Source: Haplodiscus bocki
Lineage: Eukaryota
NCBI GenBank assembly: GCA_965655095.1
Contig: OZ296650.1
Span: 65,534,001-65,598,000, forward strand
Reading direction: 5' to 3'
DNA: 64,000 nt
A program made the position numbers and the translations under genes. Within the stretch, counting starts at the first letter, position 1, and each line of letters begins with the position of its first letter. Positions 27,901-39,301 of the stretch are shown here, one piece after another. The notes under the pieces were generated by a model. It was not told the DNA's origin, did not search any database, and was given only the letters and a program-made list of their open reading frames with translations.

Positions 27901-30900
27901 AGCTATTTCGACGCAGAGAAGAATCAGGCCAAACTTCAAACAAGTCGAGGCCACCCGCACCCTCGAATTTGCAGCTCTCTGCAAAATTGAAATTTGAGAA
28001 ACGGTTAACAATTTTGGGGATACAGATTACCTTTGGAGACGAGCTTGAACGTGTCCACTCAAAAATTCTGAAATGGGGTTCCAGGGGACAAAAAAACAAA
28101 AATGGGAGAGAGAGAGAGCTGGAACAGTTTGCAATGAGTCGGGTTCTATCAGTAACTTCGAAATGTTGTCTAACAAAGAGGTTCAAAATGTACGAACCAT
28201 GGTGAATTTTGGAGAAAACTTATAGCCCGGTTCTGGTAATTTCGTTCTTTTTACATTCAGTAGAGTCATACTTTTTGTGCGAGACAGACACAGTCCTGGT
28301 TTTGTTGCTGCAGAGATCCAACTGTTGTACTTTGCTCAGCATCTAACTGTTTCTTTGAAAGACACCTTGACGAAGAATAAAGTCGGCCCAAACCTCAAAC
28401 AAAACGAGAACACCCGGACCGTTGACTTTGAGACTTTGTGCAAAATCAAACTTTGAGATACTGCCATCACTTTGGATGATTTAGAACGAGTTTGGGAAAC
28501 GATTCTGAACGTGCCTAGTCAGAAATTGTGAAAGACGGCTCGCGGGGGAAACCCCAAAATAAGCGTTAGAGAGATGAGTCCGTACTCAATGAGTCGGGTT
28601 CGATGAAAATGTTGGAAATGTTATCTAATATGGGGCTCTCAAAAGTACGGATCATGGTGAATTTCGAAAAACAAAAAATAGCCCTATTCAGGTAAATTCG
28701 TTCCAACTTTTCTCAATGTCAATAGAGTCTTACTTTTTGTGCAAGACAGACACAGTCCTTGGTTTGAGGCTGCAGAAAGTCCACCGGTATACTTTGGTCA
28801 GCACCTAAACGTTTTTTTGCAAGACATTTTGACGCAGAGAAATTTCAGCCCAAACCTCAAACAAATGGAGGTCACCCGGACTCTCGATTTTGCAGGTATC
28901 TGCAAATTCGAATTGTGAGGTACAGTCATCACTTTGAGTGATACAGAATACGTTTCCGAAACGAGTTTGAGAGTGCTTTGTGCAAAATTCTGAAATGGTG
29001 CTCCAGAGGCAAAAAACAAAAATGAGAGAGGGAGAGCTGAAACCCTAACCGATGAACCGATGAGTCGGGCTCGATCAGTAGCTTCGAAGTGTTATCTAAC
29101 AAGGGGTTCAAAATATAAGGATCGTGGTGAATTTTGAAGAAAACGTATAGCCCCGTTCTGGTGTTTTTGTTCCTTTTACGTTCACTAGAGTTGTAATTTT
29201 GGTGCAAGACAGACACAGTCCTTGCTCTGAGGCTGCAGAGAGTCCACAAGTTTTACTTTGGTCAGCACCTAAATGTTTTTTGCAAGACATTTTGACGCAG
29301 AGTATCTGCTGCCCAAGTCTCAATTAGGTGGAAGTCACCCGGACTCTCGATTTTGCAGCTATCTGCAAAATTGAAAATTTGGATACCACCATCACTTTGG
29401 TTGATACAGAAGACGTTTGGGAAACATTTTTGAATGTGTTCAGGGAAAAACCCTGAAATGGGGCTCCAGTGCGCAAAAACCAAAAATTAGAGATGAAGAG
29501 CTGAGTCCGTCACCAATGAGTCGGGTTTGACAAGTACGTTCGAAATGTTACCTAATATGGGGGTCTAAAGGTACGGATGATGGTGAATTTCAAAAAACAG
29601 AAAGATAGTCCAATTGAGGTTTTTTCGTTCTAACTTTTTTCAATATCAATAGAGTCTTACTTTTTGTACAAGACAGACCCAATCCTAGTTTTGTTGCCTC
29701 AGAGAGTCCACTAGTTTTACATTGCTCAGCACCTAAGCGTTTTTTTGCAAGCTATTTCGACGCAGAGAAGAATCAGGCCAAACTTCAAACAAGTCGAGGC
29801 CACCCGCACCCTCGACTTTGCAGCTCTCTGCAAAATTGAAATTTGAGAAACGGTTATCAATTTTGGGGATACAGATTACCTTTGGAGACGAGCTTGAACG
29901 TGTCCACTCAAAAATTCTGAAATGGGGTTCCAGGGGGCAAAAAAACAAAAATAGGAGAGAGAGAGAGCTGGAACAGTTTGCAATGAGTCGGGTTCCATCA
30001 GTAACTTCGAAATGTTGTCTAAGAAAGAGGTTCAAAATGTACGAACCATGGTGAATTTTGGAGAAAACTTATAGCCCGGTTCTGGTAATTTCGTTCTTTT
30101 TTACTTTCAGTAGAGTCATACTTTTTGTGCGAGACAGACACAGTCCTGGTTTTGTTGCTGCAGAGATCCAACTGTTGTACTTTGCTCAGCATCTAACTGT
30201 TTCTTTGAAAGACACCTTGACGAAGAATAAAGTCGGCACAAACCTCAAACAAAACGAGAACACCCGGACCCTTGACTTTGAGACTTTGTGCAAAATCAAA
30301 TTTTGAGATACTGCCATCACTTTGGATGATATAGAACGCGTTTGGGAAACGATTCTGAACGTGCTTAGTCAAAAATTGTGAAAGACGGCTCGAGTGGGCA
30401 AACCCCAAAATAAGGGTTTGAGAGATGAGTCCGTACTCAATGAGTCGGGTTCGATGAAAATGTTGGAAATGTAATCTAATATGGGGCTCTAAAAAGTACG
30501 GATCATGGTGAATTTCGAAAAACAAAAAATAGCCCTATTCAGGTAATTTCGTTCCAACTTTTCTCAATGTCAATAGAGTCTTACTTTTTGTGCAAGACAG
30601 ACACAGTCCTTGGTTTGAGGCTGCAGAAAGTCCACCGGTATACTTTGGTCGGCACCTAAACGTTTTTTTGCAAGACATTTTGATGCAGAGAAATTTCAGC
30701 CCAAACCTCAGACAAATGGAGGTCACCCGGACTCTCGATTTTGCAGGTATCTGCAAATTCGAATTTTGAGGTACAGCCATCACTTTGAGTGATACAGAAT
30801 AGGTTTCCGAAACGAGTTTGAAAGTGCTTTGTGCAAAATTCTGAAATGGTGCTCCAGAGGCAAAAAACAAAAATGAGAGAGGGAGAGCTGAAACCCTAAC

Positions 30901-33900
30901 CGATGAACCGATGAGTCGGGCTCGATCAGTAGCTTCGAAGTGTTATCTAACAAGGGGGTTCAAAAAATACGGATCGTGGTGAATTTTGAAGAAAACGTTT
31001 AGCCCCGTTCTGGTGTTTTCGTTCCTTTTACGTTCACTAGAGTTGTAATTTTTGTGCAAGACAGACACAGTCCTTGCTCTGAGGCTGCAGAGAGTCCACG
31101 AGTTTTACTTTGGTCAGCACCTAAGCGTTTTTTGCAAGATATTTTGACACAGAGAAGAATCAGGCCAAACCTCAAACAAATCGAGGCCACCTGGACCTTT
31201 GATTTTGCAGCTCTCTGCAAAATTGAAATTTGAGATACGGTTATCAGTTTTGGGGATACAGATTACGTCTGGAGACGAGTTTGAACGTGTCCACTCAAAA
31301 ATTTTGAAACGGGGCTCCAGGGGGCAAAAAAAACAAAAATGAGAGAGAGAGAGCTGAAACAGTTAGCAATGAGTCGGGTTCCATCAGTGGCTTCGAAACG
31401 TTATGTAACAAGGGGTTCGAAACGTAGGAGTCATGGTGAAATTTGGAGGAAACTTATGGCCCGGTTCTGGTAATTTCGTTTTTTTTTACTTTCACTGGAG
31501 TCATACTTTTTGTGCGAGACAGACACAGTCCTGGTTTTGTTGCTGCAGAGATCCAACTGTTGTACTTTGCTCAGCATCTAACTGTTTCTTTGAAAGACAC
31601 CTTGACGAAGAATAAAGTCGGCCCAAACCTCAAACAAATCGAGAACACCCGGACCATCGACTTTGAGACTTTGTGAAAAATCAAATTGTGAGATACGGCC
31701 ATCACTTTGGATGATAGAAAACGCGTTTGGGAAACGATTCTGAACGTGCCTAATCAAAATATCTGAAATGGGATTCGGGGAAGCAAAACCATAAAATGAG
31801 AGATAGAGAGATGAGTCCGTACTCAATGAGTCGGGTTCGATTAACATGTTGCAAATGTTATCTAACATGGTGTCCAAAAGGTACGGATCACGGTGAATTT
31901 CGAAAAACAAAAAATTCAGCCCGATTCATGTAATTTCGTTCTAACTTTTTTCATTGTCAATAGAGTTTTTCTTTTTGTGCAAGACAGACACAGTCCTTGT
32001 TTCGAGGCTGCAGAGAGTCCACCAGTTTTACTTTGCTCAGCACCTAAGCGTTTTTTTTGCCAGAAATTTTGACGCAGATAATCATTTGGCCAAACCTCAC
32101 GCAAGTCGAGGCCACCCGGACCCTCGAGTTTGCAACTATCTGCAAATTCGAATTTTGAGGTCCAGCCGTCACTTTGGGTGATACAGAATACGTTTCCGAA
32201 ACGATTTTGAAAGTGCCTAGTTAAAACTTCTGCAATGGGGATCGAGGGGGCAGAAATCAAAATTGAGATATAGAGAGCTGAAACCGTTCCCAATGAGTCG
32301 GGATCGTTGAGTAGGTTCGAAATGTCTTTTAAAATGGAAGTCTAAAATGTAACTATCATGGTGAATTTTGAAAAAAAACCTATAGCCCGGTTCTGGTGAT
32401 TTCGTTCCTTGTACTTTCACTAGAGTTATACTTTTGTGTGAGATAGACACAGTCCTAGTGTGAGGCTGCAGAGACTCCACCAATTTTGCTTTGGTTAGCC
32501 ACTAAGTATTTTTTGCAAGATATTTTGACGCAAAGAAAAATCAGGCCCAACCTCAAACAAATCGCATCCACCTGGACCCTCAATTTTTCAGCCATCAACA
32601 AAATTGAATTTAGAGATACGGTTATCAGTTTTGGGGATACAGGTTACGTTTGGAGACCATTTTGAACGTGTCCACTCAAAAAATCTGAAATGGGGCTCCA
32701 GGGGGCAAAAAAAACAAAAATGAGAGAAAAAGAGCTGAAACAGTTAGCAATGAGTCGAGTTCCATCAGTAGCTTCGAAATGTTATCTAACAAGCGGGTTC
32801 AAATTGTAGGAATCATGGTGATTTTAGGAGAAATTTTATAGACCGGTTCTGGTAATTTCGTTTTTTTTTTTACTTTCACCAGAGTCAAACTTTTTGTGCG
32901 AGACAGACACAGTCCTGGTTTTGTGGTTGAAGAGATCCAACTGTTGTACTTTGCTCAGCATCTAACTGTTTCTTTGAAAGACACCTTGACGAAGAAAAAA
33001 GTTGGCCCAAACCTCAAACAAAACGAGAACACCCGGACCCTTGACTTTGAGACTTTGTGCAAAATCAAATTTTGAGATACTGCCATCACTTTGGATGATA
33101 TAGAACGCGTTTGGGAAACGATTCTGAACGTGCTTAGTCAAAAATTGTGAAAGACGGCTCGAGTGGGCAAACCCCAAAATAAGGGTTTGAGAGATGAGTT
33201 CGTACTCAGTGAGTCGGGTTCGATGAAAATGTTGGAAATGTTATCTAATATGGGGCTCTAAAAAGTACGGATCATGGTGAATTTCGAAAAACAAAAAATA
33301 GCCCTATTCAGGTAATTTCGTTCCAACTTTTCTCAATGTCAATAGAGTCTTACTTTTTGTGCAAGACAGACACAGTGCTTGGTTTGAGGCTGCAGAAAGT
33401 CCACCGGTATACTTTGGTCAGCACCTAAACGTTTTTTTGCAAGACATTTTGACGCAGAGAATTTTCAGCCCAATTCTCAAACAAATGGAGGTCACCCGGA
33501 TTCTCGATTTTGCAACTATCTGCAAATTCGAATTTTGAAGTACAGCCATAACTTTGGGTGATACAGAATACGTTTCCGAAACGATTTTGAAAGTGCTTTG
33601 TGCAAAATTCTGAAATGGTGCTCCAGAGGCAAAAAACAAAAATGAGAGAGGGAGAGCTGAAACCCTAACCGATGAACCCATGAGTCGGGCTCGATCAGTA
33701 GCATCGAAGTGTTATCTAACAAAGGGGTTCAAAATATACGGATCGTGGTGAATTTTGAAGAAAACGTATAGCCCCGTTCTGGTGTTTTCGTTCCTTTTAC
33801 ATTCACTAGAGTTGTAATTTTTGTGCAAAACAGACACGGTCCTTGCTCTGAGGCTGCAGAGAGTCCACGAGTTTTACTTTGGTCAGCACCTAAATTTTTT

Positions 33901-35570
33901 TTGCAAGACATTTTCACGCAGAGAATCTTCTGCCCAATTCTCAATTAAGTGGAAGTCACCCGGACTCTCGATTTTGCAGCTATCTGCAAAATTGAAAATT
34001 TAGATACCACCATCACTTTGGTTGATACAGAAGACGTTTGGGAAACAATTTTGAATATGTTCAGTGAAAGGCTCTGAAATGGGGCTCCAGTGCGCAAAAA
34101 CCAAAAATTAGAGATGAAGAGCTGAGTCCGTCATCAATGAGTCGGTTTCCACAAGTACGTTCGAAATGTTACCTAATATGGGGGTCTAAAGGTACGGATG
34201 ATGGTGAATTTCAAAAAACAGAAGGATAATCTAATTGAGGTTTTTTCGTTCGAACTTTTTTCAATATCAATAGAGTCTTACTTTTTGTACAAGACAGACA
34301 TAATCCTAGTTTTGTTGCCTCAGAGAGTCCACTAGTTTTACATTGCTCAGCACCTAAGCGTTTTTTTGCAAGATATTTCGACGCAAAGAAAAATCAGGCC
34401 CAACCTCAAACAAATCGCATCCACCTGGACCCTCAATTTTTCAGCTCTCTACAAAATCGAATTTAGAGATACGGTTATCAATTTTGGGGATACAGGTTAC
34501 GTTTGGAGACCATTTTGAACGTGTCTACTCAAAAAAATCTGAAATGGGGCTCCAGGGGGCAAAAAAAAACCAAAAATGAGAGAGAAAGAGCTGAAACGGT
34601 AAGCAATGAGTCGAGTTGCGTCAGCAGATTCGAAATGTTATCTAACAAGGGGGTTCAAATTGTACGTATCATGGTGATTTTTGATAAAAACCTACAGCCC
34701 GGTTCTGGTAATTTCGTTCCGTTTACTTTCACTAGAGTTATACTTTTTGTGCGAGACAGACACAGTCCTGGTTTTGTGGCTGCAGAGAGTCCATCAGTTT
34801 TACTTTGGTCAGCATCTAATGTTTTCTTGCAAAAAAAATTGGCGCAGACAATTATTGCCCAAACTTCAAACAAATCGAGAACACCCGGACCCTCGACTTT
34901 TCGGCTATGTGCAAAATCCAAAAATGACACACGGTTATCACTTTGGGTGATATAGAACACACTTGGGAAATGATTTGGAACGATTGTAGTCAAAAAGTCT
35001 GAAAAGGGTTTCGGGGTGAAGAGGAGGGCAAATATCCAAAGTGAGAGATTGGGAGTTGAAAGCGTCACCAAAGAAACAGGCTCAATGAGTAGGTTCGCAA
35101 CGTTTTCTTACACGAGGGACCAAAATGTACGGATCATGGTGATTTTTGGAAAACAAAAGTATAGCCCGTTTCAGGTACTTTCGTTCTAAATTTTTTGAAT
35201 AGAGTCATACATTTTGTGTAAGACTTACACATTCTTGGTTTTATGGCTGCAGGGATCCAACTGTTGTACTTTGCTCAGCATCTAACTGTTTCTTTGAAAG
35301 ACATTTTGACGGAGAAAAAAGTCGGCCCAAACCTCAAAGAAATGGAGAACACCTGGACCCTCGACTTTCTGGAAAATCAACTTTTGAGATACGGCCGTCA
35401 CTTTGGATGATATAAAACGCGTTTGGGAAACGATTCTGAACGTGCCTGGTCAAAATATCTGAAATGGGGCTCGAGGGGGCAGAAATTAGACTTGAGATAT
35501 AGAGAGCTGACACCGTTACCAATGAGTCGGGTTCTTTGAGTAGGTTCGAAATGCCTTTTGAAACGAGAGT
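18901..35570. repeat. Satellite layer C: interleaved 3-mer (~1381 bp) and 4-mer (~1848 bp) HORs
   Basis: Near-identical spurious ORFs at 20704/22552/23934/25314 (spacings 1848, 1382, 1380), 23479/24860 (1381) and 27634/29483 (1849). Confidence 0.88.
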
Positions 35571-35770
35571 NNNNNNNNNNNNNNNNNNNNNNNNNNNNNN
35601 NNNNNNNNNNNNNNNNNNNNNNNNNNNNNNNNNNNNNNNNNNNNNNNNNNNNNNNNNNNNNNNNNNNNNNNNNNNNNNNNNNNNNNNNNNNNNNNNNNNN
35701 NNNNNNNNNNNNNNNNNNNNNNNNNNNNNNNNNNNNNNNNNNNNNNNNNNNNNNNNNNNNNNNNNNNNNN
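35571..35770. other. Assembly gap (200 N)
   Basis: Exactly 200 N; a round number typical of an arbitrary-size scaffolding join. Confidence 0.99.
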
Positions 35771-36229
35771 CTTCTAGGTTTTAATCGAGAAATTTCTACA
35801 TAAAGAAAATCATTCGAAATATAATTGCTTGGTTTTGATTGTTCCATTGTAATCTTGATAAACTGCGTAAGGCAAGAGTTGCCATCAAAAATGGCGTCTC
35901 CTGACATTCCTGCTTAACTTTCTCGAAACTATCTGCTTCATTTCTAAACTTAAGTCACAATCGATATTATTCAGATTGTAAAAGAGCATTGTGTAGTAAA
36001 TTTGGAATTGTGTACATTAGATCGGCACTGTCAGGGACCGAAAATGGCGGAAAAATCCAATCGTTGGAACTTTTCTTCATCTTCGAACTCGGTTTCCTAT
36101 TCCAAAACAACTGGCTATTTTTTGCTTCAAGGCCTTAACAGAAAATTATTCTTATGTACATGGATTTTCATCAAGTAGGTGTCAGGTTTTCATCATGTTA
36201 TTGAATCTTGATAGCACCAGTTAGTCAAA

Positions 36230-37560
36230 ATTGGCCAACAAAATTGTTTTTTTTTTGATGATCAAACTCAAGTTTTTTCAAAACTACCGACTTGTGTTCT
36301 CGAAATATTGTCCAAATCAAAATTCTCCAGCTTTCGAAATGCAATTGGACACTGGCCTTTGGGATTTCCTTCATTGGAAAGAACTTTCGGAGATTCACAA
36401 CGTAAATAAATTCCATAAGCAATTTGTTTTATCGACTGGCAAACTGTCTTTTGTCCATAACTACCGGCTAGATTTCTCGTATAAGGTCCCAATAGGCTGT
36501 GTTTTCTTTGAAGGAAATGTTCAACACCCAATATTTGAAATTTTTCTCCTTGCATATGAATTTTTTGAGTCCGAAAAGCTAAATAATTCTGTTAGTAATT
36601 ATTCTAATCTTCAAACTCAATTTCGTCCATAAATACTGACTGAATCTCTACCGTCAATATTCCAATCGCAAGTTTTTACCTATAGAAGGATGCTATACAC
36701 AAAATTTTTGGAATTTCTTCATTGCAGCATGTTTCTCGAACAAAGCCAAAGAAGGCCATTAGTATTGACTTTTTTATAAACAATGTTTTCCCTCCGATCT
36801 CTGCAACTCGCTATCTGCAATCAAATGCTCAATCGACTTCCTTGGAAGTGCAAAGTAACTTTTTGAAGTTTTGCCGTTTTATTCAATGATTCTGACTTCT
36901 GATGAGACAAACTATCGGAAGATCTCATTTTTTTAGCGTTTTCAAGCTGTTTGAACTCAATAATTGCAAATACTTGTAGCTGGTCTTCCTCAATCAAAAT
37001 CTAAATGAACAGCTCATAGTTTGCAAAAAAGTATTTTAATAAACACGCTGTTTTGGTCGTGCTGGAACCCTAATAGGCCTTAAACGCAGTGATAGTTGTG
37101 GATATTTAAAATAAGTTACAGCAAAATAACCGGCTTGATTTTGTACAAGGCTTCGATTGAGTTTTACTTCTGGAAACGTTCTGCGCGGTAGAATGTTTTT
37201 TTTAGCGTGCATTGAAATCGTGATAAGGCGAAGAGCCAAAAGTACCTTTTTCTCTCAATTCCATTTGATGCGAATTTAATTTCTGGATTTCTTCATCAGA
37301 GCTTTGTACTTGTAGATTGTTATTGGTTACTGAAGCTTCGTTTTTTGTTTTGGAACTCATTAATTTTTTTTCCAAAGCACTTACAGCTCCAGAACTGTCC
37401 GCGGAATCCTTCCTATCAAATTGTCTTTCGACTTTTCACCGTAGCAAGTTTTTGGCAAACTTCGCGGTTCCGCTTCTTGCCTCAGAATACTGATAGCTCG
37501 AAAAATCTGCTCCGGAAAATTGCATTCAGAAAGTGCAGGAATCTTGTTACAGGTTTTTTC
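36230..37560 (-). pseudogene. Probable decayed leucine-rich-repeat (LRR) coding sequence
   Basis: Minus-strand fragments in shifting frames: NFPEQIF/ELS (~37520-37490), DNLIGRIPRTVLEL* (37425-37381), RTFPEVKLN (~37185), PMKEIPK (~36375), FRKLENFDLDN (~36340). These resemble the LxxLxLxxN / xIPxxIxxL consensus; many stops and frameshifts. Confidence 0.42.
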
Positions 37561-37689
37561 CTCAAATCATTCCTTAGACATTGGTGGAAAATATAACAGC
37601 TCTTCGGCGCCTCTTGTGACTGTTTCTGTGGAGCTCAAGCTGTTCAGGTGATAATTTTCAAATTAGGCATTCAGTTTTCGCATTCGTTC

Positions 37690-37935
37690 CTCACATGTGA
37701 CTATCAAAGTATCGTCTGCATATTTAGCGTTACGCATATTGTGAAGAGTGAAGTAAAGCTTCTGATTAGTTGGATAGCCTCATCGGCAAAATTATAGCCG
37801 CAAGTTGATAGATAAAATTTCAATGAGATTTCAAGTCGAATGCTTGATTTAGGTCTAGTAAAGCAGCAGTTATAATTGTCTGCATCAATCTGATCTCATG
37901 CATTCTATTGAATACAGCAGGGCATCTGTGATGAG
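37690..37935 (-). mobile_element. Non-LTR retrotransposon (CR1/L2-like) reverse transcriptase fragment, internally deleted
   Basis: Minus-strand motifs in the right order: TDALLYS, AALLDLNQAFD (cf. LDLSKAFD), YNFADEAIQLIRSF, KYADDTLIV (~37726-37700). The GVPQGS block that normally lies between them is missing. Confidence 0.7.
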
Positions 37936-38755
37936 ACTTTGTGCGCATTGTGCTTGACGAAGCAGTTTTTTTAGTTTTAGTTACGCATCAATTTGACTTG
38001 CGAAGGCGAAAACTTGCCTCGAACGATTTTCGGTGTCAAATAAAATTTTGCAGCACACTTCAATGTTATTCTATGTAATATTTTCAAATAAAGATATCGC
38101 AGCAGTTTTCGATTCATATATTTGGATTCCAAACGACAACTCTCTGAGTTACATTTGAGTATTTCATTGAAATTTTTTTTCACTATAAGCAAACTTCGGA
38201 AAACGGGGTTCTAAAAAGTGCGTTCTAATCCAACGTCTGGCCAGTATCAAGTCAAAAAGGTCATTCCTGAGAGAAAAAAAACAACAGCGATATTTGAATT
38301 ACGTTCTCATAAAAGTTTTGAGCGATTTCCATAACCCTCTTAGCACAAGAACATGTGATCAGTAGTAAGTATACTACTGCATAACAACAAATGCATATTT
38401 ATAATGTTAAATGAATACAATGAATATTTTCAAAGAAAATTCAGTCAATTTCACCGTTGTCAAATCAGACGTACGGAGACGGGAACAACACAGATATTTT
38501 AGGAAAAGACATTAGTTAATTATAATAATTAACATCAGATCACTCCTTTATACAAGAAAATTTACAAAGCAACAACCCAAGAACTAATTATAATCCATCA
38601 TTTTCCCACTTGATTTTCGACGATCCATAATCTTTACTTGAATTGCATGGTTGGATAAAGGCTTTGGGCACAACGGTTAGAAAGATCAATTCGACGAGTT
38701 CAATTACTTGTGGTGGCATCTTTAGTAACTTGAAACTCGATCTACTAAAATGGTG

Positions 38756-38761
38756 TTTATT
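38756..38761 (-). promoter_or_regulatory. Candidate polyadenylation signal (AATAAA) of KDELR
   Basis: First canonical AATAAA I found on the minus strand after the KDELR stop (~505 nt downstream); positional inference only. Confidence 0.3.
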
Positions 38762-39266
38762 ATAACTTGTGAGGCAATGACATTTGTATCTCTTTGTATG
38801 GGACTGTTTTATATGCTACACCATTTGATGAAGCATTGAATTACTTGAAGCCATTTCTTTTGTATAAAGAAGCATGTAAATACAATTTGCAATTTTTGTC
38901 GTCGTGTACATTTTAAATGCTTTTAGTAAACATTTCACGTTCCACGTCGGCGGTATCAGCGGCAAAGGATATATATCTTATCTTTGTGTTCAATTCAAAA
39001 AACGATTTTAGTTCAGTGACTTGACATACGTACAGTACAATGAATTATGTGCACATATGTTCCAGTAGATGAAGAATTTTGCGAATAATGGTTCAATAAA
39101 AAGCTTGAAAATAAAGTGCTCAAAAATTGCATACTTTGCCGTTGTTTGGAAAAGAAAACACATTTTCCAAGTTTTGATAGCTGATTCAAGAAAGTTTGTC
39201 AGATATTGTCAATCAAGCCATTCCAACTTGCTCTTGACCAGCTTCCGACTCAAGGGATGATATTGT

Positions 39267-39301
39267 TTAGGCTGGAAGAGTGAGCGATTTTCCTTTCAAC
39301 A
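39267..39301 (-). CDS. KDELR: KDELR coding exon 4 ([11 protein letters not shown])
   Basis: TTTCAG acceptor, phase 1, TAA at 39269-39267; absent from the ORF track. Confidence 0.93.

Larger units (their letters stand above)
1..35570. repeat. Tandem satellite DNA array, ~460-467 bp monomer, ~76 copies, all in the same orientation; runs off the left edge and into the gap
   Basis: Landmark motifs (GGCTGCAGAG, CAAACCTCAAACAAATCGAG, TTTGGGAAACGATTTTGAACG, CATGGTGAATTTT) recur every ~460 bp. Near-identical spurious ORFs start at 5368/5835/6302/6769/7235/7702 (period 466-467). Monomers counted by hand. Confidence 0.98.

Noticed and set aside
345-35522. More than 150 ORFs of 60-150 aa in the satellite
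   Set aside because: They recur with the monomer period on both strands, are broken at random by indels and match no protein family; by-products of the repeat.
1-35570. CRISPR-like repeat/spacer array
   Set aside because: The whole monomer is repeated with no unique spacers, there are no cas genes, and the context is eukaryotic.
35398-35907. ORFs spanning the N run, and a direct satellite-to-unique junction
   Set aside because: Artefacts of translating N; the true junction is not sequenced.
35886-36180. Two AAAATGGCG (YY1-like) motifs and a ~44-codon ORF
   Set aside because: Short motifs with no linked recognisable gene.
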